64,000 nucleotides of DNA from the human T2T-CHM13v2.0 reference genome, Homo sapiens (GCF_009914755.1 NC_060938.1); one strand, 5' to 3'; counted from the first letter of the stretch, positions 15,952 to 32,479 are shown. The notes: generated from the sequence alone by a model not told the origin. A program made the numbers and translations.

Positions 15952-16713
15952 TATTTCTCACTCAGGTGACCTGCCATCTGAGGCTCTTTGCAACAACTTG
16001 TGTATATTGCAATGCAGGCTGAAGGAGCAGCACCCATCTGGGGCATTCAGGCGGGAAGAGAAAGCAGAATCCATGACTGTTTCCCAAAGGTTCCACTCAG
16101 AGAAGGCAGGTGTCACTTCCCTTCACATCTCATTGGCTGAAACAGGTCACATGGCCAGGCCAGCCTCCAGTAGGATGGGAAGTCTAATCCTCCGGCAAGC
16201 ATGTGACCCACAGGGCAGGGTAGCCACCATTTTGAACAAGCATTATGTGAACAACCATCTCCTGCATCCCCAGTCCTCCTCTCTGCTGCACAAAGGGAAC
16301 AAGAGATGTCTTGGTCACCACTTGGCCTCACTGGGGACCCTCAGAGGCCCGATGTGTGTGGAGAGAGAGGGGACCAGCAGAAGAGGCATGGGGGCAGGGG
16401 ATGTATGGAATGAAGGGCCGAGACTCAAGATGGAAGGGAGGCTAGCACAGCTGCTGAGCTGCAGCCTGCCCGTTTATGGCTGAAGTGAGCCACCTGGCCA
16501 GGAGGACACTAGCTACTTTTTCATTGATGGGCTTTGAAGATGGTGACAGTGACAGATTCAGGTGATGGCGTCTTTCTGCTGGCTGCTCTAAAAAGAAGGC
16601 CACTTGGCCCCATCTCCAGAATAGGAACCATGAGACAGTGACAAATGCCCATACAGGAAGTGAGCTGCCCAGCACTCACCATCTGAGCCATTTACCCCAT
16701 GTTTCCCAGGTAG

Positions 16714-17037
<324 letters not shown>

Positions 17038-17368
17038 TAGGATAATGGGTCAGCTGGTGAAAGGGTCAAACTTAAGAGCAGAACTCAAAGGCATTGTGGG
17101 TGACGCTGACACCCGTGCACATGGATCTCCACTGCCCAGGAGGACTCATCTAGCATTTCTCCTTTCCTGAATTTAAAACGTCCCCATAGTCCAGTGGTGA
17201 TAACCACCAATGCCAGTTAGCACAAGGGTTCACTACATTTGCCCATGACATGGGCTCCCTTCCCAGGGACAGATGTGTCAGCTTCAACTACTTAACCTAA
17301 AAGCACATGCCTTAGAGTGGGAGACTTGTTTGGTGCAAGAAGCAATCCTACCTGAGCTAGTCCAGCAG

Positions 17369-17570
17369 GTTTTTTTGTTTGTTTGTTTGTTGTTTGTTTT
17401 CACGGTCTCACTCTATCAGGCTCTGGAGTGCAGTAGTGTGATCACAGCTCACTGCAGCCTCAACCTCCTGGACTCAAGCGATCCTCCCCAAGTTGCTGGG
17501 ACTACAGGTACACGCCGCTGTGCCTGGCTAATTTTTGTATTTTCTGTAGAGACAGGGTTTCATCATGTTG
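17369..17570 (-). mobile_element. AluJ, truncated
   Basis: (TTTG)n tail plus partial reverse Alu. Confidence 0.85.
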
Positions 17571-19559
17571 TGCAGTTTCAGTCCATAAAAAGTAAGGAGT
17601 GATTATTATTAAAAGAGGGATTGGTGTCGAGAAGGCAGCCTCTTGATATTTCAGCAGTGAGGAAGTACTGATGGCATCGTGGTAATCTTGCACTCTTGTT
17701 AATGCAAACTTCTTTTGAGAGCTTAAGCTTTAGAAAGGCTGGCAGTTCTGGGTTTTAATTCTCTGTCACCTTGTGACATCAGACATGTTACTTAATTTCT
17801 CTGCTTCACTTTCCTCATCTGCAACATGGGAACTCTGCAACACAGCTACTGGGAGGAATGATGAGCAAATCAATCGGTGACTACTCATAGGGGCTTGGGA
17901 CCGTGTTGCCTGGCACATGGGACGCGCTCCACAACTTTGTCTCCTGGATGAAATGGGGACATTTATGGGAAAAAGCCTGTGTGTAGTAAGCACACCATAA
18001 ATACTAGCAGCTATAATTAGCTATGGAGTTTGAGCAGCATGCAGTTCATACCACAAAACCCATCGTTTCCTGCAACACTTTGCTCTTGGAGAACTCCTGT
18101 AAGATGTTGATTCGTTCTTCTTATCTCACATTGGTTATTACTCATAGAGGTTTTGGCTAAAATAACCACAGTTTATTTCTTTCTGTTTTCAGCATTCCCC
18201 TTTTCAGCCTCCAACACTGGAGTTGGGCCAGGAAAAAAATACATCATGAGATAATTTAACTCCAAGAACTTTATTGTAAAACTTCAGTGGTGAATTTCTT
18301 TTAAAAAAAATAGATCTTGAATCATAGTGGTGTATTCTTAGCCTCCTTTTTTTTTCACTTAGACATTTTATTATGAGCTTTCTCTGTGTTATTGAACATT
18401 TCAAAGACTTTGCAACCAATTAAATATGTGTTGGATGGCTTCTGAAGGAAGACAGTATGACAGGCTTGAAGACAGGGTTCTTGGCATTGAACCAGTGGGA
18501 GAGACAGGCTCATGCATACATAACCAGAAATACAAGTCGTTCGAACTGTCCTAAATGTTAGAATGTAAGCATGTACTCTGGGTCATCAAAACCAATGACA
18601 CTCAGGGAAATCCACCCAGGCCTACTTTGGGCCTTGGACGATGGAAAATATTTGTGAAAAAGAGAAATTGAGGAACAGATGTGTTAAGCTGAGTCCACAG
18701 CCTGCATCAGGGCTCAGAGGCAGGAAAAAGAAAATCAGGAAAGGGTAGAACTCTGTTGGGGGAGAGGTAGATTGGAAGTAGAATCAAAGTTGAGGCTAGA
18801 AGGTGGGATTCGGCCAGGTCACGAAAGACCTTGACAACCACCCGAGGGTGTTAGAGATTTGGTTTGTAGTGTTATCGGAAGCCACGCAAAGGTTTTGAGC
18901 AGGAAGTAGCCCTATGAGATTGGTGCTTCAGAGTAGAGCTTGACTGTGTGGGAGCTGAACAAGACAGTTACTCTGCCAGGACAGAGGAAGAGGAGGAAGG
19001 TGCTTGAGACACCTGTCTCAGGTAATGGCCTTCCTGGCTGCCTAGGAACTGGGACTGGGGAGCTAAGATAAGGGGCAGGCCCTGGGGCAGCCATTACCCA
19101 CAAGAAGGGAAGCCCTTTCAGTGGGTTGGGGCCTGTGAGGGGCTGCAGTACAGTAATGCCCCTCTAGGAAACGGGAACATAGGGACAGTGGAGGAGTTTG
19201 TTTTGCAAGGAGAGAACTGGACACAGGAAGAAGTTTTGACAGAGATGGAGAAAGATCTAGAACACATGGCCTCAGAGGCAAGAGAAAAGGGAGAGATGAG
19301 GGAAATGGGTTAGTATTGTGGGTGGCCAAGCCTGAGTGTACATGGGCTGCCACCTTCAGGGGCCTTGCAGCTTTAGAAAGTACATCTAAGTTGGGAAAGC
19401 AGCCCACCTCAACTGTCTCGGGGGTCCAGAAACCACTGCACAGACACCCCTCTTTTGGAAGTGACTGCAAGTGGGGTCAGGGGTCAGAGCCCAGGCCACA
19501 GTGCTTCCTGGGCTTCCTGTCACAGGAGAGCACCGGGTTTGGATAATCTTGGCTCAGCA

Positions 19560-20442
<883 letters not shown>

Positions 20443-22023
20443 GCATGAAAGGAGGCAACATCTGGGCAATCACCTTCCTTTCAGGTTGTGTCTGCCTCCC
20501 TCTCCCACCCTCCCTGAAAACCTCTCTGGAAATTCTCTACTCAGTAACCATACTAGTACTAGCACGTGCAAGACTAACACCACCATAAAGCAGCACTCTC
20601 TGCCAGGGCAGTGTGCATCTTAGCAGGAATAAAAGCTCTCGTATTGGTGTTATCACGGAATGTCAGTCATTAGCCCATGAAGTGTAGGAGTTAGTTTGTC
20701 CTGGCCATCCTGAAATAGCAGAGGAGCGGGAACCTGTTCTATGTAAGGCTCTTTCTGACTGACAGCATCCTCCCCATGCCCACATTCACCCAGACCCTCT
20801 GACTTCCCTGCAAGGCTACTTAGGTGCACAGTGAAGTTTCTTGGTTTCTTGCCTGTTCTTGCCTGTTCAGAGTGATTTCTCCAGGTTGTCACAGTGCAAA
20901 GCCCCCTGGAAGAGTAGCAGTCCCTACAGCCTCCTCCAGGACCACCCTACTTCATTTCTCTCCTCTCTTTTGCATGTATTGTGTTCACTCCCACCTCTGA
21001 GCCTTTGCTTGTGCCATTTCCTCTGCTTGGGTTGGTCTCCCCACTCCTCTCAGCTCATCAGATGTTCCCTATCCTTCATTGTCTGTTTCATATTGTCGCA
21101 TCTTCTTTCCCCAGCTGGGCTGGAAGCTTTATGTCGCATACAACATCTGTGTTCCATTGTCCAGCAGAGGGCAGAGCCTGTTGCAAGTGTTCAGCAAATA
21201 CTGGTCGACTGGCTAATAACAGCTCACACCTGTGCAGGGAGACAGCCTGATCTGGATGGACTGAGAGGGTGGGCTTTGGAACCCAGTGGATCCAAATTAA
21301 AATCCCACCCCTTTGCTTTCATCAGTTGTGAGATCTTAACAATGCCACTCAAACCTCTATCTCACTAAGCCTTGGCTTTCTCAACTGTGAAATGGGCTCA
21401 TAATCATAGTGGTGATTAACTGAAACTTTGTGCAATAATAGTGCCTGGCACACAGTAGGTGCTCATAAAAAGTTAGTTGTCTCTCCTCCATTCCTGATTG
21501 CCCCCCTTCCCATGTGACGTGGGTGTTCAGGATTAGAAAACCTGGCTTCTGTCCGGTCTGGCATGTTAGAAAGTTGAAGTCATCACTTGGTCCTAATAAG
21601 TAAAACCCTGACCAAACTGAAAAGTCAACAACTCTTCTTGGATCTGTCATAAAGGTGGGGTCACAGGTCAAGTCACTGCCCCCAAAATTGGAGAGACTAA
21701 TAGGCAAATGCAGAGAACTGCAGCTTGCCAGAGCAGAAACCCACAGGCAAAACTCCCATGGGAACCAGTGCTGAGCTAGGGAAACCCAATGTGTAACTGA
21801 TGAACTAGTGGATGTTCACTGTGGACAGGCCTGAGTTAAAACTCCAGGGAAGCCAGTCATCTAGGGGCCTCCACACTTTTGTGAGTTTTACCACCAGTAG
21901 CTTGACCAGGTTCCTGCAGTGAATATCAAAGATCTCATGCATCCTGCAGGAAGAAGGCAAAAGGAACATTTTGGAAATATGCCAGAGCAGTCTGTTCTTC
22001 TCAATAAGGTATGCTTTCAGAGC

Positions 22024-22425
22024 TGATACAGTTTGGATCTGTCTCTGCTCAAATTGCATGTTGAATTGCAATCCCCAATGCTGGAGGTGGGGCCTGGTGG
22101 GAGGTGTTTGGGTCACAGGGGTGGATCCCTCATGGCTTGATGCTATCTTCCCAGTAATGAGTTCTGGTGAGATCTGGCTGTTTAAAAGTGTATGGCACCC
22201 TCCTGCTCAACCTAACTTGCTCCTGCTTTACATGTGAAGTGCCTGCTCCCACTTCACCTTCCACCATAATTGAAAGCTCCCCAAGGTTTCACCAGAAGCT
22301 GAGCTGATACGAGCACCGTGCTTCCTGTAAAGCCTGCAGAACCATGAGCCAGTTAAACCTCTTTTCATTATAAATTACCCAGTCTCAGATATTTCTTTAT
22401 AGCAATGCAAGAATGGCCTAATACC
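22024..22425 (+). mobile_element. MSTA-type MaLR solo LTR
   Basis: TGATACAGTTTGGATCTG...GAATGGCCTAATAC; 5-bp TSD AGAGC. Confidence 0.85.
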
Positions 22426-23863
22426 AGAGCCTAACCTGCCTGGGAAAGGGAAATACCCAACTCCAGCCCATTTTAGCCATCCTGCCCAACTTAAAGGAGG
22501 AAAAAACTGAGACATACTTTTGAAGTTAACAGTCCAGAGGCACAGGCTCAGTGAAAGACTGAGACTTACCCATAGGATTTAGAACTCTCCCCCTCCCCAA
22601 TACCTTCTCATCATATCACTAAAGGCCTGTTTATAGCAGTTCCTTTTATCTAGTACATTACATTTGGCCATCAAGAGAAACTTACAAGACATATTAAAAG
22701 GCATTAAACACTGTTTGAAGAGGTATGGCAAGCATGAGAACAGACTCACATATGGTAGAGAGGTTGGAATGGTCAGACCAATAATTTAAAGCAACTATGA
22801 TTAAGGTGCTAAGGACTCTAATGGCTAAAGTAGATGACAGCATGCAAGGACAAATGGGGAATGTAAGCAGAGAGATGGAAGTTCCAAGAAAGAACCAAAA
22901 AAATGCTAGAGACCAAAAACACTGTAACAGAAATGCAGAATGCCTTAGATAGGCTTCTTAATAGACTGTACATGGCTGAGAAAGGAATCTCTGAGCATGA
23001 TAATATCTTGATAGAAACCACCAAAACTGAAAAAGCAAAGAGAAAAAAGACTGAACAAAAACACAGAACAGAGTATCTAAGAACTGTGGGACAACTACAA
23101 AAGGTGTAACAGACATATAATGGGAATTCCAGAAGGAGAAAAAAGAAAGGCACAGAAAAAATATTTGAAACAATAATGACTGAGAACTTCCTCAAATTAA
23201 TATCAGACACCTAACCACAGGCTAGGAAGGTCAGAAAACACTGAGCAAGATCAATGCCAAAACAACTAACCTAGGCATACCATTTTCAAACTACAGAAAT
23301 TCAAAGAAAAAGTCTTGAAAAAAAGCCAGAGGGGGGAGAAAAACACCTTGCCTATAGAGGAACAAAGATAAGAATTACATCTGACTTCTCAGAAATCATG
23401 CAAGCAAGAAGATAGTGGAGTGAAATATTTAGTATTGAGAGAAAAAAAACACCAACCAAGATTTCTGTACCTTGTGAAATTGTTCCTTCAAAAGTGAAGG
23501 AAAAATAAAGACTTTCTCGAACAAACAAACAGTCAGGGGATTTGTTGCTATTAGACCTGCCTTGCAAATGTTAAAATTTCTTTAGAGAGAAAGAAAATGA
23601 TAAAGGTCAGAAACTCAGTTCCACATAAAGAAAGGAAGAGCATCAGAGAAGGAATAAGTGAAGGCAAAAGAAAAATGTTTACTTTTCTTATTCTTAATTG
23701 ACCTAACAGATAACAGTTTGTTGGAAATAATGGCAATAGTATATTCTATTACTTATGCTTATGTGTGTATGTGTATCTATATATAAGCAAAATGATGGCC
23801 CAACAATAATACAAGGAATGGGAGGAAGAAATTAAGATTGTTTTGTTATTAGAAGGTACAGTT

Positions 23864-24835
<972 letters not shown>

Positions 24836-25240
24836 TGAAAATGGACTTGGATTGGTTGTAAATGTATGTTGCAAACTCTAGGACAACCACTAAAAAAAAT
24901 AATTTAAAAAGAAGTATAATAAAGGAGAGAAAATAGAATCATATAAAATGCCAATTAAAACTACAAAAGGCAGAAAAAGAGTGGAAGACAAAAGTGGGAC
25001 CAAAGAACAAGGACAACAAATAGAAAACAGTAACAAATATGGTAGATGTCAATCCAGCAATATCAATATCACTTTGAATTTTAATGGTCCAAATGCACTA
25101 ATTAAAAGAGAGAGGTTGTCAGAGTAGATCAAGAAACAAGACCCACTATATGCTGTCTACAAGAAACCCACTTTAAATATAAAGACACATATAGATTAAC
25201 AGTAAATGGATGGAGAAAGGTATACCATGCTAACACTAAA

Positions 25241-25447
25241 TTGGACACAGGAAGGGGAACATCACACACCAGGGCCTATTGTGGGGTGGGGGGAAGGGGG
25301 AGGGGTTGCATTAGGAGATGTACGTAATGTAAATGATGAGTTAATGGGTGCAGCACACCAACATGGCACATTTATACATATGTAACAAACCTGCACGTTG
25401 TGCACATGTACCCTAGAACTTAAAGTATAATAATAATAATAATAAAA
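25241..25447 (+). mobile_element. 5'-truncated L1PA 3' end inserted in the old L1
   Basis: GGGGAACATCACACACC...GTACCCTAGAACTTAAAGTATAATAA, the canonical L1PA 3'UTR. Confidence 0.9.
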
Positions 25448-25891
25448 AGCTGAGGTAACTTTATTAATTTCAGTCAGGGTAGACTTCAGACTGAGTAAAG
25501 TAAGGGATAAAGAGAGGCATTAAAATGGAGCAGTACTCCAAGAAGATCTAACAGTCCTTTATGTGTGTGTGCCTAACAACAGAACATCAAAATACTTAAG
25601 GCAAAAGCTGATGGAACTACAAGGAGAAATAGATTAATCTACTATCATAGTTGGAGACTTCAGCACCCCTCCATCAGACATAGGCAGATATAGCGGGTGG
25701 AAAATCAGTAAGAACATAGTTGAATTCAGCAGCACCATAATCAACTGGATATGGTGGACATCTATAGACTATTTTATCCAACAATAACAGAATGCACATT
25801 CTTTTGAAGCCCACCTGGAACATTCACCAAGATAGACCACATCCTGGGCCGTAATACACACCTTAAAAAAAATTTAAAAGGCTTGCAATCA

Positions 25892-26189
25892 GGCCAGGCA
25901 TGGTGGCTCACACCTGTAATCCCAGCACTTTGGGAGGCCAAGGCGGGCAGATCACCTGAGGTCGGGAGTTTGAGACCACCCTGACTAATATGGAGAAACC
26001 CCATCTCTACTAAAAATACAAAATTAGCTGGGCATGGTGGCGCATGCCTGTAATCCCAGCTACTCAGGAGGCTGAGGCAGGAGAATCACCTGAACCTGGG
26101 AGGCAGGGTTGCAGTGAGCCAAGATCATGCCATTGCACTCCAGCCTGGGCAACAAGAGCGAAACTCTGTCTCAAAAAAAAAAAAAAAAA
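25892..26189 (+). mobile_element. AluSp-like
   Basis: Alu dimer, poly(A), TSD TTG(C/T)AATCA. Confidence 0.93.
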
Positions 26190-26553
26190 TTGTAATCATA
26201 CAATGTCTTCTCTCAAACCACAAGGGAATTAAACTAGAAATCAATAACATAAAGATAGCTGGAAAATCCAAAAGTACTTGGAGATTTAACAACACACTTC
26301 TAACCAACATACAAAGAAGGAATCTCAAAAGAAATTTAAAAATACTTTGACGTAAATGAAAATGAAAACACAACTTACCGAGCTTTGTAGGATGCAGTGA
26401 AAACAGTGCTTAGAGGAAAATTCATAGCATTGAATGCATATATTACAAAAGAAGAAAACCTGGTTTTATATTTACTTCTCTCACTTAACTAGCTCTGTGA
26501 ACTAAAGCAAGTTATTTGACTTCTGATCCTCATTTTCACCAACCACATGATGG

Positions 26554-27690
26554 GGTCTCATGTCTGACTGCTTCCATAAATAGTTTAGGCAGAAAGAAGT
26601 TGGTGAGACAGGCATAAGAATGTGGCTTCCTCTGGGGCAGGTGGGCTGCCTGGACACTGAGCAACATGTGTTTTCCTTTATAATCCAGGTGCTTGGGATT
26701 ATATTGTTGTTATGAGGAACAGACAAGAAAATATATGTGAACATACCTAAAATCTGACAGAAATCCAAGAATGAGCTGCATACTGCTGCATTCATTGATA
26801 ACATATTCATGCATATAGGTAACTAGCATCTACTGAACCCTGGATCATGTTAAGGCGGTGTCTGTGTCCTCAAGGAGCTCAAATCTAGTCAAGGAGGCAG
26901 AGTTGTCAATTGCAACACAGTGTAATCAGGGCTCTTGTGATCAAAATGAGCCAAGGGAGAAGGAAAAAAGAGAGGGTTGCAGGAATGGCATTGCAGGCAA
27001 TGGGATGAAGGTGGACCAGCTTCTGCTCTCAAAAGGATCACTTGGGTAGCTGAGTGGATTGGGGCAAGAGTGGAAGAAACAAGACAAAGAGCCTTTGCAA
27101 GTGCTTTATTGTTCTCACAGCATTCTGTGTGGACGCTCAGCTTGCCCTGGGCAGATCACATCATATAGAGGACTTCTAAAGAGATGTTTCTAGGGGAACT
27201 TGGCTTTGAGGGGGTTTTCCCAAAAGAGAAAGTTGATTATTACCTCTGAGCGCCTCTGAACCCACCTCCCAGATTTGCTTTGCTCTGGGAGTTCCTAGGC
27301 GGCCTCATCTCTAGGAAGTGTGAGCAGTGTTAGAGCCAAGGTGAGCTTGTGCAAAGCCATGGGAGTGTGTCAGTAACCTGGGTTCTAATCAGGCTTCCCC
27401 AGTAACTTGCTATGTGGCCTTAAGCAAGTCACTCAACATCTCTGAGGCTGACCTCACCTGGCAAGAGACAGATACAAAATGCCTTGGAAAGATAAAGCCC
27501 CACACAGACAGAAGGCGCCGTTCTTCTTTTGCCTAACCCCAGATGTCCCAAGCACCTGGATGGTAAAGGAAAATACATGTTGCTCAGTGTCCAGGCAGCC
27601 CACCTGGTCCAGAGGAAGCCACATTCTGATGCCTGTCTCACCAGCTTCTTTCTGCCTAAACTATTTAAGGAAGCAGTCAGACATGAGACC
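26554..27690. repeat. 145-bp inverted repeat (26554-26698 and 27546-27690), 847-bp spacer
   Basis: Manual alignment: 137/145 identical, no gaps. Near-identical peptides appear in ORF track entries 26502..26810(-) and 27479..27772(+). Confidence 0.95.
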
Positions 27691-28606
27691 TTCTGGAAAG
27701 TTCTATAGAAATAAACTGATGTTTTCTGTGTCTCTTTGTGTCCATCTCCCCTTATCTGCCCAGGATCAATGAGTAGTTTGCACTGCTTTTGTCATCAGTC
27801 CTGATCCTGTTACATGTTTTATTGTGCTTATTGTTGTCTCAGTCTTAGTTTTCACATTGGAAACTTTTAGGGAACTTGCCCCAGAGGAATTTCCCCTGCT
27901 GGAATGTTCCTTTAATGTAGTTCCCAGTGCAAGGCTGCCCTTTATACCTACAAAAGTAGGATCCCCCAGGTGAGACCAATTCCCCAATAACTAGGTCATG
28001 AAATCTTACTTTTCTTCAGCCTTCAGCCCCAGTTATTGGGGAGTTGCTGTCTACCAGGTACCATGTGGGTATTCATAGACATTGGCCCGTCTGTCTTCAT
28101 AACGCTATGAAACAGGTGGTAGGATCTCTAGTCTGCAGCTGAAGTGTGCCCCCGGATGTAACTGGGATTAAACCTGGGTCTGTAGATGCCACGTGCAAGC
28201 TCTTTCACCTGAGCCAGGTTGTTTCCTGTCTTATCTCCCATATTCCTTATCCAAATGACTCTCCAAGACAAGGGAAGTGGAGGACTCCAGAGAGGAAGTA
28301 GAGGAGTTAATAATCAATCCTTTATACTCTTTGTGTGGTTGTATCTTATCCGTTCCTCTTTTAGCAGGGGATTTATTTAACAAAGAACATTGGAATTACC
28401 CTTGGAGTCTGAAGCCTAAGCTAAGAGTATATTAACGTGCTTTATGTTCATTGCGAAGTACCAGAGTTGTGCAGAAAGGGGGCAGGCTGGGACTAGATGG
28501 CTTCAGCAAGGACAGCCATGGTGAGGAAGGGTCACTCAACTTCCAGGTCTGACTCTCCCTCGTAACAACTGAGTGGAGGTGGGTTTGTGCCTGAGCTGTG
28601 TTTTTG

Positions 28607-28776
28607 GTGGCATGCTGGAGCCGACTCATGTCAGCTGGTGACAGCTGATTGTGTGAATCTCTTCCCAACTTGGTGGTAAGTACCTTATGGAAACTGGCAA
28701 ATGCTATAAATCAGGGTTTGTTTGTTTTTTTTCCCTCCTGGAGAGCTGGATTTAAGCAATTACCAGCACACTACTG
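28607..28776. mobile_element. MER63-like hAT DNA transposon
   Basis: GCATGCTGGAGCCG... and ...TTACCAGCACACTACTG terminus. Confidence 0.55.
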
Positions 28777-29699
28777 CTCAATTTCCTCATCTAGAAAATG
28801 CGGATGGTAATACCCATCTCACAGAACCATGGGGAGGTGTCACGTATGTGAGCATTTTGCGAAAAGCATGATGTGTGTGTGGGTCAATAGGATGATGTGT
28901 GTTTATATATAATTTTTTATAATTCTTACATGAAAAGCTGTGTCTTTTTTTGGCTGTATCTTTGTAGAAACAGGAAATAAATTTCAATCAGGGCATGATA
29001 GGACACGTGTAGCATAGATTCCCAGAGAAATCAGATGCATAATGTGAGACTATTAGCTGATCATGGGATGACCTTTGAAATCATCAAGCCTGAGGGGCTT
29101 CTTCTCATTGGCTCCAGGGTCCTGAGGACCAAAACCCTGTCATTCATTGAGAGGATCGGTCAAGTGTTTTCCATGGTTTTCTTTGAGGAACGCCAGTGGC
29201 AGTGGCTGTGGTGAAAGAAGCCAACAGACAGGCAGACCTAGATTTGAAACCTGCTTTTTCACTTACTAGCTGGTTGAACTTGGGCAAATTCCTGAGCCTC
29301 TTCAATCTCAGTTTCCTCATCTGTAAAATATGGTACCTCCCAAATAGAGTTTTGGGAGACCCTTGGAGTGGGGTAGATTCTACTGGATTTCTGTTAGTTC
29401 TGTTCTCTCTCCTGGGCTTCCTCAGAATTCCGTTCTTATATCATGGTCTTAGGACTCCAGTTGGATCCCTAGTTTGCAGAATGTGGCTCCCGATTGGTAC
29501 AAGAAGCCCGCTCTGTGTAGCCCGACCTAGAATGTTCTCTATGTGCCTCTTCTCCTACTGAGTTATGACGCAAAATATTTACTGAGACTTTGCTGGGTGC
29601 TCAGGCCTTAAGGAAGTAGAATCATAATAGCAGTCACTTGTTAAGCATTCTATATGAATTAATTTAATCTGCATATCATCCCTGGGATATAAACAGTAC

Positions 29700-30265
29700 A
29701 GTGTGGCAGAATAAAGATGGTCATGCACTCTTTGACAATTCTCCCATCAAGATTCTATTGCCTCTCTCCTTGGATCTGGGCTAGCCTGTTACTTCTTTGA
29801 CCAATCAATACAATAAAGCAGAAGTGACACTATGCCAGTCGCAGATGTAGCTTTTAAGAGAACTGACAGCTTCTGCCTGGACTCTGGGAGCTCTGAGTTG
29901 TCATGTAAGAAATCTGACGACTGACACCACCATACTGGAGAGACCATGTGGAGAGGCCTGGACACTATATAAGGAGGGAGAGAGGCCCAGGAGGAAGACA
30001 GGCCTGGGTGAATCCAGCCTTCCAGCTATTCCTGCTAAGGCACCAGGCATAAGCAAAAGTGCCTTGGACCCTCCAGATCAGACCAGCCTGCAGCTGAATA
30101 CCACTAAGTGCCCTAGTCAGTGCCAAAAAGAGCAGGAGAATCACCCAGCTGAGCCTTGCCAAATTCCTGACCCACAAATTGTGAGCTACAATAAGATAGC
30201 TATTATTCTAAGCCACTAAATTTTGCAAATGATTTGTTACAAAGCAATAGATAACTGGAACCATG
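29700..30265 (+). mobile_element. MLT1-type MaLR LTR inside a MIR
   Basis: TGTGGCAGA...AAATTCCTGACCCACAAA...GCAATAGATAACTGGAAC. Confidence 0.7.
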
Positions 30266-30559
30266 CTCACCCTCCTTTTACAGATGAAGAAACGGAGGCA
30301 CAGAGAGTTGAAGTGGCTTAATTAAGATCACACATTAATTAGCAAGTGGTGGGAACAGGATTTAAACCCCAGAAACCCGGTTCCCAGCATGAGTTGTTAA
30401 CACTGTGTTGTACTGCTCTTGAGTTGAAAACATGTCTCTGCTTGCAAGGAGACTTCTGTTTACTTTGGGATGCAAGAATCACTCATGCTACAGAAATAGC
30501 AGTTAAGGCAGAAATAGAGAATTATAGAAGACATTCATTTATTCACTTTAAGGACAGAT

Positions 30560-31440
30560 TTATATTAAAATGATGTTAGGATTTTACTGCAGTCAGAGGA
30601 AGGACCCCCACCACCCCACAACACTGACTGGTGAGTGAGACCCCAGGGTAACAACTCTGAGGGGTGAGGACATTTGAGTTGTGTCCTGAAGGATGAATAG
30701 AAGTGTCCTGTTTGGAAGAGCACACGAGGTGGCAAGATAGTCCACGCAAGTGCACAGAATGGCAGAATGGTGGGGTGCATCCAGGGAGAGTCCAGTGTGG
30801 CTGGTGTGAAAGGGAGGGAAAGCCGAGAACAGGAGCATCAGCTGGAGCCACTCGCAGGGCAATGTGCATCCAGGCCTTGAAGCTCAGCCTCTGTCTAAAT
30901 GGCCCTGGGGAACCCCAGCGAAGGACATTAAGTGTGGGGGCACGATCCGATGTGCCTGCTAAACAGAAGCCCCCCGCCCTTGGGGGTGTGAAGGCTGGAG
31001 TTCAGGGGAGGTTGCCGAGGATGAAGACCAGAGGAAGCTCCATGGCAGCAGTCTGGTGACAGCATGGTGGGGCCAGACCAGGCAGTTATGGCAGACATGG
31101 AGGGGAGGGGACATGCCCCAGACATATTTAGGAGGAGGACTCTTGGGCCTGGTTGGCAGAAATGGCATGATGAAGGAAGAGGAGCCAGTGGTGCCTCAGG
31201 GGTACCTGGTGTCAGGGACTGTGGGACAGCATCACCCCAGGCCCAGGGAAGAGCAGTTAGAGGGTAACAGCAAGGGACGCAGTGAGCGTCGGTGCCTGGG
31301 AGAAAGAGAGCAACCCCCTGGTGCCTGTGATGGAGTGGGAGCTCAGCAAATACTTGACAAGAAAGATCAAATGGACCCCTGGGTCTGGTTCTCTGGAGGG
31401 AAGGAAGAGTGCAAGGTAGAGATTTGAGCGTCACCAGCAC
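30560..31440. mobile_element. L2 fragments
   Basis: Degenerate L2 motifs (ACATTTGAGTTG..CCTGAAGGATGAATAG; GTGGTGCC). Confidence 0.5.
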
Positions 31441-32479
31441 AAGGGCAGCTGGAGCGGTGAGATGCTAAACTACACCACATCCTTCCATTGTGTTCTTGAC
31501 CTTTGGACTGAAGAGACCTGTTTCCACCTCTGTTCTTAGAGACAAGGCTACTCTGTTCCTATAGGGCTATACAACTCCCATCTTGTCGCTAAAATGGGAT
31601 TTGAGTTAGATGACCAGCTAGAGAAATCTATGACTCTGTGGATATAATTGCCTGGGAGCTTTGAGCCCTGACCCCAGGCAGTCACAAGGAACATCCGCAT
31701 GCCAACTGAGAGACTTCTCTTTGCAGCCACAGTGATGTCACCATCCCTGACCTGGGGCATTTATAGTGATTCAGAGACCCTCCAGTTCTATGCCTGTGGT
31801 GGATTTAGGGATAGGAGCAGTGCTCTAAATAACACCCCTTGCTTCACCACCTGCGCTCAGAACCAGTGAGGAAATAGACAAAGATGAGGAAGATGCAGAT
31901 CAGTGTCAGCTTTCTTAGCAATGGGCTGAGCTGAAGGATGCAGTGCAGGCACATGATAAAAAGGAAAATGAATAAGGAAATTGAGAGGAAGCCTCACAGT
32001 TAGAAGGGGATGTAGTTGTGGGATGCAGTTAGGGCACAATCCAGTGCCCTAACACGCACCCTCTTTGACTCTGCTCCCCGGAGCTGCAGGCTTCCCCGTC
32101 CCAAGAGCTGGGGCTGCCCCAGGATGCCTAAGGGGGGTGGGAAGAAAGCTGCACCCTGACCCCAGCAGGCTGGCTATTTACAAGCATGAATCAGTAGCAT
32201 CTCGAAGCAAGTGAACTGTCAGTTGCACTGAGACTGATCCCTTGTTCTTGATTTCACAACTCATTTCCTGGCTCTTGGTGTCTCTGCACTGCTGGTGAAG
32301 AGGATGGAGCGTGATTCCTCTGAGACTGAGTCATGGGCCGTCTTCCATTGAATTCAGTTCTGAGCACTGATTTCGGGTACCCACTGTGTGCCAGGCAGCA
32401 CACTAGGTGTTGGCGTCCATGGCACTCCTGGGCTCCTGCCGGTTCACTCAAGGAGCACAAACTGGTTCTCTCTCTCGAG

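Noticed and set aside
15851-16483. 210-aa ORF on +
   Set aside because: Runs across Tigger and MLT remnants and has no protein-like features.
18171-18295. Strong-looking acceptors (TTTCTGTTTTCAG, CTTTTCAG) suggesting a cryptic RIN3 exon
   Set aside because: No convincing donor or RIN-like reading frame follows.
26699-27545. Inversion of the spacer between the inverted repeats
   Set aside because: The MIR continues in the same orientation on both sides of the left copy, which fits an insertion rather than an inversion.
26502-27772. Two near-identical peptides on opposite strands as a duplicated small gene
   Set aside because: Fully explained by the 145-bp inverted DNA repeat; no splice or coding signals.
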